This document shows, piece by piece, positions 24,349 through 37,249 of a DNA stretch of 64,000 bases; the first letter of the stretch is position 1; every line of letters begins with the position of its first letter. The stretch comes from Mobula hypostoma (taxonomy: Eukaryota): positions 46,500,001 to 46,564,000 of the forward strand of contig NC_086107.1 of NCBI RefSeq assembly GCF_963921235.1, read 5' to 3'. The notes beneath the pieces are model-generated. The model was not told where the DNA came from. It did not search any database and worked only from the letters and a program-made list of their open reading frames with translations. Position numbers and translations under genes: made by a program.

Positions 24349-27300
24349 TGTATTGACAAACCAAGTTATCAGAAGATTGATGCTAATGAGAGAGAGAGAG
24401 ACAGATAAGTGAGACAATGGAGAAACATTCAAAATGCTAATAAGAGAGAAGAGAGATTAATGAGAAAGAAACACAATTCAGATATTGACAGACCATTTGC
24501 TTTGAACCTGAACTGTTTGAAGTTTGATGGACAGGTGATACCCCAGCAGGGAGAATAAAAAGAACACTTCACTAAGGCACGACACACTACAAGATCATGA
24601 GATAACGAGACTCTGGAAGAGTGATGTGCCCCCACAAGTTGGTGGAAGTTTGGAGGTCTGGTTCGCGGGAACTGACCATAGACGCACAGGGTGAGAAGGG
24701 TACGATCGGTGGGAACCTAGTGTGTGTGTCTGCCCTTGCCTGGGTGCCAGGTTCACGGCAGAAGAACAGTCGTATCCAGAATGGAGGGGTCACAGTCAGT
24801 GACCACAGAAGACATAAAAGGGTCTGCCCGAAAGCCAACTGCGAAGAACATCAAAGGTCTGCTTGAATCAAATTTGCATTCTCTCTCTCTCTCTCTACCC
24901 CCAACAGCACAACAGCGATTACTGCGAACAGTACCAAGCTGAACTGAATTCTGCGTCACTTGAGGCTGATCATTTTACCCCGAGACTGCGATAGAGCTTG
25001 GGTGATTCCCATTGCCCTAGTTCTGTGTATGTGTTTTATCATTGCTAACCTGTTGCATTTATATCCTTATGATTAGAGTACTGTTTTACTTATTTCTTTA
25101 ATAAAACTTTATCAGTTTCTAATAAACCAGACTCCAACTAGTGGTCCATTTCTGCTGGTTTGGCAAGCCAGTTACGGGGTACATAACATAAGTGGGGATC
25201 TTGTCTGCGATTTTGAATGCCAAATTTGGGACTAGGTAAATTGATTGGGTTAAAATTCCCGAAAGAAAGAAATGGAGATTGAGGAATTTCTAAGGCACCA
25301 ACCATGGAGGCATTAGAGGATGCCAGGAAATCAGAATTGGCGATTGTTGCCAAACAGTTGAATCTTTTTAAGGGGAAGCCGACAATGAGGAGAGCGGAGA
25401 TGCACAGAGCTATCATAGAGCATTATGTATCTAAAGGTGTGTTTCCCCACGGGGAGCTGGAGGTGGTATCTATGGGCAAACCTGGTGGAGAAGTAGTACA
25501 GCTGCAGATGGTAAAATTGAGACTCGAGCACGGGTTCTGGGTAAGGCAGCTAGAACAAGAGGAGAAACAGTTAGAATGGCAAGAGAGAGAGGCAGTTAGA
25601 GCGACAAAAGAGAGAAGCAGAAGGAAAGGGAATTTGAGCTGGAGAAGTTAAGGATGATGATAGTGCAGGGCCCCATGCCAAACCAAGGTGGAGGGTTCAG
25701 GGCGACCCAGGAGGTTAGGCTGGTTCCCCCATTTGAGGAGGCCGATGTTGATCGGTACTTTCTACATTTTGAAAAAGTCGCTGCAAGTCAGGACTGGTTG
25801 AGGGATAAGTGGGCTGTTTTGCTTCAGAGTGTACTTAAAGGGAAAGCTCAATAAGCTTACTCAGCATTGTTCGCAGAAGATGCCCAGAGGTATGATGTGG
25901 TGAAAGAGGCAATACTCAGGATTTATGAGTTGGTCCCGGAGGCATACCAGCAGAGGTTCTGGAATGTGAGGAAGCAGTGGGGCCGTAATTATTTAGAGTT
26001 TGCCCGTGAGATGCAGATGTATTGTGAGCGTTGGTGCGCCTCGAAAGGGGTCAATGGGGATTATGACAGACTGCTACAGCTAAAAGTTGTGTCCCTGAAG
26101 GTATGAGGCCCTATCTAGATGAGAAAGAGGCAGAAACCTTAGCCGCAACTGCTAAGTTAGCGGATGAATATGCGTTAACGCACAAAGCGAAGTTTACCCC
26201 GAGTAAAAGCTACCAGGAGTGTAGTCAAGAGGGCAGACAGAGTCCGCCAGAAAAGTCAGAAAGTAAGCCCCGGACTAGTGAGAAGGATAAGGAAGACCGG
26301 GAGCAGTTTGGTAGGAAGTCTCCTGAGGTTGTATGCTATAATTGTGGAAACACCAGTCACTTTGCATCCAGGTGCTTTGCCCCAAAGAAGGAGATGGGGA
26401 AAGGAAAAACAACGATTCTGACTGGCTGTATTGAGCTGGCAAACAAACCGCTAGGGGAGAAGAGGTCTGATAAAGTTCAGGAAGGGCGCGAGAAGTTTAT
26501 TTCGGCCGGATTGGTGTCGGTGAAGGAGGGGTTAAACCCGGTTCCAGTACAGATCTGGAGAGACACTGGGGGTTGTCAGTCATTGATCTTAAAGACGGTG
26601 TTAGACTTTAGTTCAGAGACTGAGACTGGGGAGGTCAGGGTGATAAAAGGCATTGGGAAAGGGACTGAAGCAGTTCCTTTCCACCAGATACACCTAAAAA
26701 GCGACTTGGTCTCTGGACCGGTCACGATAGGGGTGAGGCCCGAATTACCAATGGATGACGTGGAAGTCTTACTCGGTAATGACCTCGCTGGCAGAAATGT
26801 GTTCTCAGCAGTAAAACTGACAAGCACGCCTGCCAGCATTGAGGCTCCGCCCATGGACTCACAGGTTTATCCCGTTTGTGCAGTGACTTGGCACATGTCC
26901 AGAAAGGCTGCTGAAGCGAATATAGATTTAGCTGAGACGTTTTTACCAGCCTTGTACCAGGAGGGGTTAGAAAGTGAGAAGGAGCATAGTGGAGCGGAAG
27001 GAAGTGAGGGAGTTGAGGTAGACTTATCATTAGCAAGGAAGGAATTTATACAGGCACAGGAACGAGACGAGGAGCTAATGGTTTTGGCGGAGACAGCTCT
27101 CTCCGAAGCAGAATTAAAAAGGGAGCCAGTGGGCTATTATGTGAAGGAGGGCGTACTAAGGAGGAAATGGAGACCAAGTACTGTGCCCACAGATGAGGAA
27201 TGGGGGGTGGTGCACCAGGTGGTAGTGCCAAAAATTTATAGGAACGAGATTTTTAACCTGGCCCACAAGATACCCCTTGGTGGACATTTTGGGGTGAGGA

Positions 27301-29227
27301 AGACAGTCGATAGAATCATGAAAGAGTTTTACAGGCTGCACAGGAGGAAGGATGCTATTGACTATTGTAGATGTGAGCTAACACAATTACAGGCTATTGA
27401 TATGCTAACAGCTTGCCACGATAAGCGAGCAGACCTAGTCGGTGTTATCACGAAAATTAATGAGGCTAGGGTGCCACGTGATAAGGGGAAAACCCATTTT
27501 GAAAAGTTAAGTATGGTGCCGACCAGATGGGAGAAATCTATTGTTTTGGCCAGCTTTGCTGAGAAGATCTCTCCCTTAACCCCTGAACAGAGCAAGCCGT
27601 TGAGAAAGATAATTAACTGGCACTTACACACATGTCTGGATGTCCCAAGGCAATGCAAAGAGCCAGTACATGGTGTTGTTGTCACATCAGGTCAGCCTAG
27701 TAAGCAACACCCCTATAGGATGATTAATTCAGTGATAAAAGGGCTAAAGAACACTGAAGCGTATATTGATGATTTAGTGGTCTGGAGTGACACGTGTGAG
27801 GGGCACATTGTGGCAGTAGAGGAGCTGTTTAAAAAGCTGCCTGAAGCCAGCCTGACAGTGAACCTTGCAAAAAGTGAATTCGGCCATGCCAAGATCACTC
27901 ATCTGGGATTTGTGGTAGGACAGGGGCAGCTGGCACCGATGCAGGCTAAGGTGCGGACTATCTCTGAAGTCCCCAACAGACAAGAGAGCCCTGAGAAGGT
28001 TCTTGGGGATGGTGGGGTACTATCAGAAGTTTTGCAAAAACTTTGTGGATATTACCCTCCCTCTTACTAAGCTCTTGCCAAAGAATGCGAAGTGTGTGTG
28101 GGACGACCTTTGTTATATTTGTCTGGCACGGAAACCATTGATAATTTACACTGATCACAACCCATTAGTGTTTTCGGCCACTATGAAGGATAAAAACAAA
28201 AGGTTGCTAAGTTGGAGCCTGGTCTTAGAGGAACTTGATATTAAAATAAAACATATAAAAGGAACGGTCAATGTGATTGCTGACTGTCTGTCAAGGTGTT
28301 GACAACTGAATTTCTCTGTATTAGCCAAATAGCTGATGACCCTGTATATTAGTGTGTATCTAGTAATGTATTCATGCCCATAAGTTTTACTCCAGTAAAA
28401 ATCCTTTGAAAGATAGGGGTGTGATGACAAACCAAGTTATTAGAAGATTGATGCTAATGAGAGAGAGAGATAAGGGAGACAATGGAGAAACATTCAAAAT
28501 GCTAATAAGGGAGGAGAGAGAGTAATGAGAAAGAAACACAATTCAGATATTGACAGACCTTTTGCTTTGAACCTGAACTGTTTGAAGTTTGATAGACAGG
28601 CAATACCCCAGCAGGGGGATAAAAAGAACAGGTTCGCTAAGGCACGACATACCATGAGATCACGAGATAACGAGACCCTGGAAGAGCGGTGTGCCCCCAC
28701 AAGTTCGTGGAGTTTGGAGGTCTGATTCATGGGAACCGACCATAGACGCACAGGGTGAGAAGGGTACGATCGGTGGGAACCTGGTGTGTGTGTCCGCCCT
28801 TGCCTGGGTGCCGGGTTCACCGCAGAATAGTCGTATCCAGAACGGAGGGGTTAGTCGGCGACCACAGAAGACATAAAAGGGTCCACCTGAAAGCTAACTG
28901 CGAAGAACATCAAAGGTCTGCTTGAATCAAATTTGCATTCTCTAACAGCACAACAGCGATTACTGCGAACTGTACTAAGCTGAACTGAACTCGGCGTCAG
29001 TTGAGACTGATCATTTTACCCCTAGACTGCGATAGAGCTTGGTTGATTCCTATTACCCTAGTTCTCTGTACATGTGTTTTATCATTACTAACCTGTTGCA
29101 TTTATATCCTTATGATTAGTACTGTGCTACTTATTCCTTTAATAAAACTTTCAGTTTCTAATAAACCAGACTCCAACTAGTGGTCCATTTCTGCTGGTTT
29201 GGCAACCCAGTTACGGGGTACATAACA
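24349..29227 (+). mobile_element. Gmr1-clade Gypsy LTR retrotransposon, internally deleted; 5' LTR 24349-25188, 3' LTR 28420-29227
   Basis: Paired TG...CA LTRs; 4-bp TSD CTGT; degenerate tRNA-Pro-like PBS (TGGGGATCTTGTCTGCGAT) after the 5' LTR; purine tract GAAAGATAGGGG before the 3' LTR; gag-pol motifs inside. Confidence 0.93.
25272..28302 (+). pseudogene. Disrupted gag-pol of the Gmr1-like element (SCAN-like capsid, CCHC knuckle, protease, integrase Zn-finger part, RT part, RNase H end)
   Basis: YFLHFEKVA...KWAVLLQSVLKGKA; CYNCGNTSHFASRC; RDTG (Asp codon at 26562); LAHKIPLGGHFG (about 27260); YIDD (27762); YTDHNPL...NVIADCLSR. Confidence 0.88.
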
Positions 29228-29496
29228 CTGTAAACTCAATTCCTTTGTACCTATTCCTACCTTCCATTATGATAGACAGTACTCTTGGATTCCTGTTGAC
29301 CCACGTTCTGCCTCATTCATTTTCATCGACCATGATGCACACCAATATCCCCTTATGATGGCCTGTTCTGCATCTTAAAACAGAGAGAAAGGACTTTAAT
29401 CACAGTTAGCATGGGTAAATTGGAATGTATTTCAGTAGATAGCCTTCAATTAGCCCACCAACATTTGAAGGATTCTGCTCCCAGAGTCATAACATG

Positions 29497-30784
29497 TGTC
29501 ACAAATGGGGTGCTGGAAACAGACCCAGATGAGAGACACAGACACTGAAGTACAACGAACAGGACTTGACTAGAGTAGGGACGTGACAGGTTTCAGACCA
29601 GGAGCGGGGACAAGAATGCAGACTGGAACAAGAACACAGACTTGGGCTAGGGAAAGCAGGACCAGGACTAGAAACCATGGACTAGGAGACAAGGCTTAGA
29701 CTCCGAGCCCAAGACTGGACAAGGACCCGGAACCTGGGTCTTGCCTCAGGCTCTGACCCCAGAACCAGGCAAGGACATGACATGGCTTGAGGCCTGGGCT
29801 CTTGAGCTTGGCTGCAGGCTGGGGTCTTGGGCTTTTGAGCTTGGGATCCTCGAGCCTTGGGTTCTTGGAGCTTGGCTTGGGATCCTCGAGGCTTTGGTTC
29901 TTGGAGCGTGGCTGGGGGATTGTTGTCTTGAAATGCAGCAGCTGATAACTTGGAGGCTGGAGCTGAGAGACAGACTGGGAACTGAACATCAACATAGAGC
30001 CGAGACTTATCCTTCGACAAGCCAGGACTCATCTTTAACACAACACTAACATGAGACAGGACAGAACATAGACAGAGCTGGGACTTATCCTACGACAAGC
30101 CAAGACTTAACTTCACCTCCACGCCAAGGTGGGACAGGTCCACCTGTTGGGTAACGGCAGGACAGCCAGACTTACCCAATAGAGGCAAAGACTTGTTCCC
30201 CCCCCCCCCAGGGTAACAGCAAGACAGCCTGACTTACCCCACAGAGGCAAGGACAAGACATGGCCCCCCCACAGGGCAACAGCAAGACAGCCTGACTTAC
30301 CCCACAGAGGCAAGGACAAGAAGAGACAAACACCAAAGAACAACAGACAGTTCTATCTCTGCTCCAGAGTAGCTCCAAGTCTCAGTTCAGCCAGCAACCT
30401 CAGCTGGCTACAGAAATAGCCAGATACCTACCTAGCTTGGAGAAGCTGGCAGCCACTCAGCTGGCCCTGGAAACAACCAAATCCATACCGCAAAGACAGC
30501 TCCAACAACTGACAGCAAGGCTCCATGAGGAGATGGTTCCCCAACATAGCCTAAAGATGGCAATTGGCTGCTCTAGCCTTCCACCAGCAGATTGCTCTAA
30601 AGGGGACTGACAAGACAAACCAGCAGCCCACACTCAATGCCAAGGCTACTTATATTGCAAGCCCAGAGATGGGAATCAGGTGCCAATGATTAACTCAAAC
30701 AGGGACAGCTGGAAGACCCGGAGTCCTGAGTCCACGGACTGGACCATGATCCGGAATGTGGACTTCACGGACCGGACCATGACA
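29497..30784 (-). mobile_element. 1.29-kb solo-LTR-like element with internal tandem repeats
   Basis: TG...CA termini and 5-bp TSD ACATG on both sides; internal imperfect repeats at 29760-29960 and 30000-30330. Strand is tentative. Confidence 0.75.
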
Positions 30785-31219
30785 ACATGACCATGAGCAC
30801 GTCACCATACGTCTGGACAAGCCAGAGGCACCTGCTGTTCTTCCACCCTTGGAACATCAGACCTGAGCCGGGCAGCTTGTCCAGGCTCCAGACAGGCTCA
30901 CAATGCCGGTTCTGGTGGATTCTGGGGGGCCTGCGTAGGGTAACATAATGGGTGGAAATGTACATAATTCAGAACCGCCTACATTGAACTGGGGTCCACG
31001 TTAAGAGTCTGCTATGACGTGATGAGGTAATGACATAAAGTTTTTTACTGCACTTTGTGTTCTGTGCTTGGTTGAGAATAAAGTTGTTGTTACAGTTTTC
31101 CTTAAATGGAAAGCACCTCGGCTGCTTTATTTACGAAAGCCTACACCTGGGTTTCCATGGGTTTGTTTCGCTTTAAACCCACTCCCTAAATTACTGAATT
31201 GGATGAAAATAGGGTAACA

Positions 31220-32810
31220 AATCAGAAACAACTAAATGAATTATACCTTGACACACCTTGTATACAGAGATAATTTGAAATTATATGCTCCTTTATCGGT
31301 AAATCTAAAGCAATTAATTCACAGAGTAGAACTAAAGACATCAACATGAACTTTATACTTAAACATAAAGAAAGGTGCAGTAGAGCTAGTGGAATATAAA
31401 ACAGAGCAGCAGGATACAGTACAAATGAAACATACAAGTATCTGGGATATCAACATGCAAAGTAAATAGATCATATTGCAATAACAGGGAAACTTACAAA
31501 TGAATTTACATCAGGTTGAAGAAAATCTGCCAAACAGAGCTCAATAGAAAAAATACAACAAAGGTAATAAACACTTTCAATATACCCATATTAACACATT
31601 CCTTTGGCATAATATCTTGGTCCAAAACCAATCTGCAAAATTTACAAAGAAAAATAAGAAATGAAATGACAAACTCAATGTACACTCGAGCGCACTTGGA
31701 TTAACACTATCTAGGACAGAAGGAGGAAGAGGAATAACAGGCACAAAACATTTACACAACAGGCAGATAAAACTTCTCTGGATATATTTTCATCAACAAA
31801 AACAGAATTCCACGCTCCATACGAATATATGCAATTCTGATAAGAAGAACTAAACTTAAATGAAAGGACAACCCAGAAAGATGAAGAAGTTATCACTGTA
31901 GATGAGCATGACTCCTAATTGACGACATCCCCACAATCTGAGCAGACTAGATGTCGACAATGAAGTGTCAAACACCTGGATCAGAGTTGGAGACTGCTTC
32001 CCAGAAACAGAGGGGTTCCTTGTAACCAGGTGGCTAACACACATAGAAGTCAAAAATATGTTAAAAACCCAACAAACTCAGGATGATAAGTGCAGAAAAT
32101 ACCAAGAGAAACCAGAAACAACACAGCACATTACAGGATCCTGTAGCAGTTTAACACAATCTGATTACTTACACAGGCACATCATTCACCAAAATCTTGC
32201 TTTAAGATACAAACTCATAAAAGACATCATACCTTATTATAAATACAAGCCTCATCCAGTTGTATAGTCAGAGTTCTAAAATTACACTATATTACAAGCA
32301 ACACACACAAAATGCTGGAGGAACTCAGAAGGCCAGGCAGCATCTATGGAAAAGAGTACAGTTGATGTTTTGGGCAGAGACCCTTTGGCTGGACCTTCCA
32401 GCATCTGCAGATTTTCTCTGGTTTGTGATTAGATATTATAAGCAATCCTTGATTACATAAAGGACAATCCATAATAATTATCCGGAGATATATATATATA
32501 TTTTTTTTTAATACAGGATAAACAAGCAAGAACAACTTATTTGCAAACTCACATAACATACAGAAATCAATAAGTGAAAAACACCAGAAATATGCTGAAT
32601 TAAAAGATGAAATTGAGAGACAATGGAACATGAACAGAGTACACATGGTTTCAGTTGTAACATCTACAAGTGGTATCATCCAAATTCACTACAAAATAAC
32701 ATTAAACAATTCGGCCTACACAGCAATATTTATGTAAGTAGCTAGAAAGCCACAATACTAAACAGCACTAGAACAGTCCGAAGGTTTTCAGCAATTGAGA
32801 AATGAGTATG
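31220..32810 (+). mobile_element. R4/Dong-like (REL endonuclease) non-LTR retrotransposon 3' remnant, with a small Penelope-repeat insert at about 32300-32430
   Basis: KVINTFNIPILTHSFGIISW, RTEGGRGI, ETEGFL, DKCRKYQEKPETTQHITGSC, YLHRH and KYAELKDEIERQW motifs; clade assignment is from motif recall. Confidence 0.65.
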
Positions 32811-32874
32811 CTTGGCTCTGCCCATATCTCAAGTTTTACCAGCTTGAGCTCTGAGAAAATATATTGGTGGCATC

Positions 32875-34015
32875 CGTTAGTCTTGCGAGACCATGGTTCT
32901 GTGCCTGGAAAGTCTTGCTTCAGTCTGTGTTGGTAGAGCAGCGTCTGCTGTGGCTGTAGAGGCCCACACAGTCTCGGCTGCAGCGATTGCACTTGAAGGC
33001 ACTGTCCTCCAGTGTTGTCTTGATGCTGATTTTTCAGCCAGTACACTTTTCTTCAGCAGCAAGCCTCAGCTTCTCTTCTCTTTTTAGACCTCTGCGTAGT
33101 TCCAGCCTCCGGCGAGAGTGATCACTTACAATGTCCTCCCACCTCTCAACATTCATGTTCAGTGACTTCATGTCTCTCTTGCAGACATCTTTGAAAGAAA
33201 GTTGGAGCCGCCCTTGTGCTCTCTTGCTGGACGCCAGTTCTCCATATAGCAGGTCTTTCGGGATCCTCCCGTCTGACTTGCAATGTACGTGGCCCAGCCA
33301 GCAGAGACGGCGTTGCTGGAGCAGGGTGAAGAGGCTGGGTATCTGGGCACGGGCCAGGACCTCATTGTTAGCGACTCAATCAATCCACTTGATGTCTAAG
33401 TTTCGTCTCAGGCTGTGAAGATGGATGACGTTGAGACGCCGTTCTTGTCTGGAGTAGAGGCTCCAGGTCTCGCTGCCGTAAAGCAGTGTGCTGAGGACGC
33501 AGGCCCTGTAGACTGCAACCTTGGTGTGCGTCGTCAGCTTTCTGTTCTCCCAAACTCTCTTTGTCAGTCTGGCGAATGTTGAGGCTGCTCGTCTGATCCG
33601 TCTGTTGACCTCGGGGTCTAGGGAGAGGCTGTCCGTGATGGTGGAGCCAAGGCATGTAAACTCGTGAACTACCTCCAGCTCGTAGTTGTTGATGGTAATA
33701 GCAGGGGGGTGCTCAATGCCTTGGCCCAACACGTTGGTCTTTTTCAGGCTGATGGTCAAGCTGAAGTCCTGGCAGGCTCTTGAGAAGCTGTCCATGAGGC
33801 GTTGCAGTTGCTCTTCAGAGTGTGTTGCCAGTGCCGCGTTGTCTGCACACAACATGTCCCTGATGAGTACTTTACGATCCTTGGTTTTCACCCTCAGCCG
33901 GGACAGACTGAACTCCCATCCGATCTGATGTGGAGGTAGACACCATCAGTTGATGTTCCAAAGGCATGCTTCAGCATGACTGCGAAGAATATGCCGAACA
34001 GGGTGGGGGCAAGCA
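32875..34015 (-). mobile_element. RTE-clade LINE RT C-terminal fragment
   Basis: ORF 33376-33891: RDMLCADNAALATHSEEQLQRLMDSFSRAC...TISLKKTNVL...VLSTLLYGSETW. Confidence 0.85.
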
Positions 34016-34020
34016 CACAT

Positions 34021-34075
34021 AATAATAATAATAATAATAATAATAGTAATTAATATTATAACAATAATAAATGGG
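34021..34075. repeat. (AAT)n microsatellite
   Basis: Read directly. Confidence 0.9.
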
Positions 34076-35193
34076 TATATAAGTAATAATGTGAACATGA
34101 GTTGTAGAGTCCTTGAAAATGTGTCCATTGGTTGTGACATCAGTATAGTGTTGAGGTTATTCATGCTAGATCAGGAGCCTGATGGCTAAAGGGTAATAAC
34201 CTGGTAGAGTGGGACCTGAGCTCCTGTACCTGCTTCCCGATGGCAGCCACGAGAAGAGAACATAGTTTGGCTGGTGGAGGTCCTTGATAATGGATACTGC
34301 TTTATCATGGCAGTGATCCTTCTAGATGTGCTCAGTGGTAGGGAGGGTTTTGCCTGTGACGGACTGGGCTGTATCTACTGATTTTTGTATGCTTTTCTAT
34401 AATTGGGCATGTGTGATTCCATTCCAGGCCTTCATGCAACCAGCTAGGATACTCTTCACTGTACATCTGTAGATGTTTGTTGAAGTTTTCAATGACATGC
34501 TGAATCTGAGCAAATTTCTAAGAAACCAGAGGGACCGTAATGTCTTCTTTGCAATGGTACTTCTGAAGTGGTTCCAGAGCAGATCCTCTGATATAGTATC
34601 ACCCAGAAATTTAAAGTTACTGACCTCTCTACCTTTGATCTCCTAATGAGAACTGGAATATGGACTTCCAATTTCTTCCTCCTCTAGTTAATAATCAACC
34701 CTTTGGTTTTGCTGATGTTGAGAGAGAGGTTGTTGTGGCACTATAAAGCCAGATTTTCAATCTCCTTCCTATATGCCAATTCATCACCACTTTTGATTTG
34801 GCAGTGGTGTGACCAGCAAAACTTATATATTGCTTAAATTGGTGAATGTCACTGCATGTGATCATCAGCAAATAAAAAGGGCAATTGTCAATATTCAGTG
34901 TTGCCTGCCCTACCTGAACATGTTTTCTTTCAGTGTTAATAAGTGATTCCGTATCTACCAAACCGAGGCAAAGAAAGTTCAGCTGTTTTGAGGAATGTGG
35001 GTGTTCATTCCAGAAATATCTCTAAGCTGTGACTTAAAGAATTGTTGTGTAGAAACTTACAATCTGACAGAAATCAGTAGGGAGAACCTTACCATATTTG
35101 GTGTCTCCACGAATAAAATATCTTTCAGTCTACAAAGACTTTACTGTTATATTGGTTCAGTCCATAGTTCACAAACTAAGGTGCAGAAATGAT

Positions 35194-35205
35194 GAAAGTG
35201 AAACT
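35194..35205 (+). promoter_or_regulatory. ISRE/IRF-binding element GAAAGTGAAACT upstream of leader exon 1b
   Basis: Perfect match to the GAAANNGAAACT consensus, 69 bp upstream of the ATG at 35274. Confidence 0.6.
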
Positions 35206-35273
35206 AAGAACTTTTTGAAACTAAAGATCTGCAAGAACCAACAGCACAGGAAAGACAATCTTCTGTTTTAATA

Positions 35274-35325
35274 ATGGGAATCTTAAGTCTGTCCGCCCTT
35301 GTGATGTCTTCCATTTTATATTCAG
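35274..35325 (+). CDS. NCR3LG1: Signal-peptide exon 1b (MGILSLSALVMSSILYS-G), phase 1
   Basis: ATG context ATAATGG; 17 mostly hydrophobic codons; donor CAG|GTAAG in phase 1, joining in frame to the IgV exon. Confidence 0.72.
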
Positions 35326-36684
35326 GTAAGACACCAGAGGTTTGCATTCTCTTGGGTCAAAGTTAAAAACATTGTTAGCCTGGACAATCAAATGTGGATC
35401 ATGAATTGCTGTTTTCCTTTAGGCCGGTTTTCCAAAGCACTTGTAAAACCTGCCTTTTGCCACAGCATGCATCGATCTGAGTGATTTATCAAAATTTTAA
35501 AGACTTCAGATATTATTAATTAAAAACTATTAAAAAAGTTTCCAACAATTTCAAGGCACCATTAAACTATAAGGTTTAAGGATATTCATTCTGAAAATCT
35601 CATCAAAATATAGATGTTACCTGCAAGAGAGGTAGTTTATGCTTTCACAATCTCCTTCCTCTTCCTTATACCACACTTTGTGTGCAATTTCAGGAAAATA
35701 TATCTTGTACTATATCAACAAATCCATACTGTATTGTTGCCAAATTCACGATCTGTAAGCTGTATATAGAAAATTACACAAATGGTGGAATTTGATCTCT
35801 ATGCCAGTTGTGTTGCTTATAATTCCAGTCATTAGTTTGGAATTAATTAACTTACAATTTCAGATACTTAAATCTATGCATACACAAACGTATGCACAAA
35901 AATGAATGTATATTTTCTCCGTACATTTCCCTTTATTCCTTTAATAATTACAAAAATAAAAGTATTGCTTAATAACACATAAAGTTACCTTTTAATGTGT
36001 ACTGTAATAATGTCACTATCTTTTCTTACTAATTTTCCAACTCTATAGTACTTAAATGGTTGAGGATTAGACAATGATAAATATTTCTTGGTGTCTTGAG
36101 TAAGTGAACAATAGATCAATTTCAGTGTGTAATCAAAGTGCATGGAACTGAAATGGTCTTCATTGGTAAAAACCTGACTTTCCCAAGAAACTGTTCCAAA
36201 TCGGCGGCAAGTTTTCTGGATGTACATAAGCCAACTTTCCTCTTCCTTTTCATGCTTCCAGATAAAAGATTATTCGTGGCCTTGTTCAAATTGCCCATCT
36301 CTTGCCTGACGTGTCTTACTCGGTGCTGCAATTGTCAATGTCAAAGTATCTGACTTCCTGAGTTACAATAGCAGATGTTGTAACCTTGGTGCTTGTTGTT
36401 TACTAGTATGATGAGGTTTGGTACTGGAATGTGAGTGAAGAAATGTGGCATTTTGCAGGTTAACCATAAATTGGAGCTGTGGAATTTTCACCTGAGGAAA
36501 GTCCTCATCCTGATACGTGTCATTTTAAATAAAAGATCAGGGTTATTGATGCTTGTAGGACAATGTAAGTTTATTATTTCTAAATAGTATTGATAAAACT
36601 CATTCCATTTTGGTTTCTATAAGTTGATATGACCAGTGGTACGCTGAGAGATTGATGGCTGGGTCCTCTGCTTTTTGTCGAATA

Positions 36685-37246
36685 CACTTAGTTCTCATTT
36701 TATTAGGTAGACCTGTACACCTGCTCACTAATGCAATCATGTGGCAGCAGCTCAATGCATAAAAGCATGCAGACATCAGACATAGTCAAAGTGTTCAGTT
36801 GTTGTTCAGAGCAAATATCAAAATGGGGAAGAAATGTGACCTAAGTGACTTTGGCAGTGGAGTAATTATTCATGCCAGATGGGGTGGTTTGAGTATCTCA
36901 GAAACTGCTGATCGTCCCTGATTTTCTGGCACAGCAGTTTCTAAACTTTACAGAGAACGGTACGAAATCAAAAAAAAATCATCCAGTGAGTGGTATCTGT
37001 GTGGGTGGGAACTCCTTGATAATGAGCAAGGTCAGAGGAGAATAGCCAGACAGGTTCAAGCTGACAGGAAGGCAATAGTAACTCAAATAATCACACATTA
37101 CAATAGTGTGTGCAGAAAGTTATCTCTGCATGCACAACACGTCAAATCTTGAAGCAGATGGGCTATAGCAGCAGAAGACCATGAACATACACACCGTGGC
37201 CACTTTATTAGGTACAGGAGATACCTGGTAAAGTGGCCACTGAGTG
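36685..37246. mobile_element. Non-autonomous Tc1/mariner derivative
   Basis: Degenerate TIRs of CACTCAGTGGCCACTTTATTAGG type, TA at the left flank; internal hairpin at the right end. Confidence 0.6.
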
Positions 37247-37249
37247 TGT

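Noticed and set aside
26103-28070. 655-aa ORF as a domesticated host gene
   Set aside because: It lies between paired LTRs with a TSD, and the upstream gag has stops and frameshifts; it is simply retrotransposon sequence.
29682-30378. Repetitive ORFs (QEPKPRGSQAK...) and regularly spaced repeats as a protein or CRISPR-like array
   Set aside because: These are degenerate tandem repeats inside an LTR-like element in a vertebrate genome; there are no unique spacers or cas genes.
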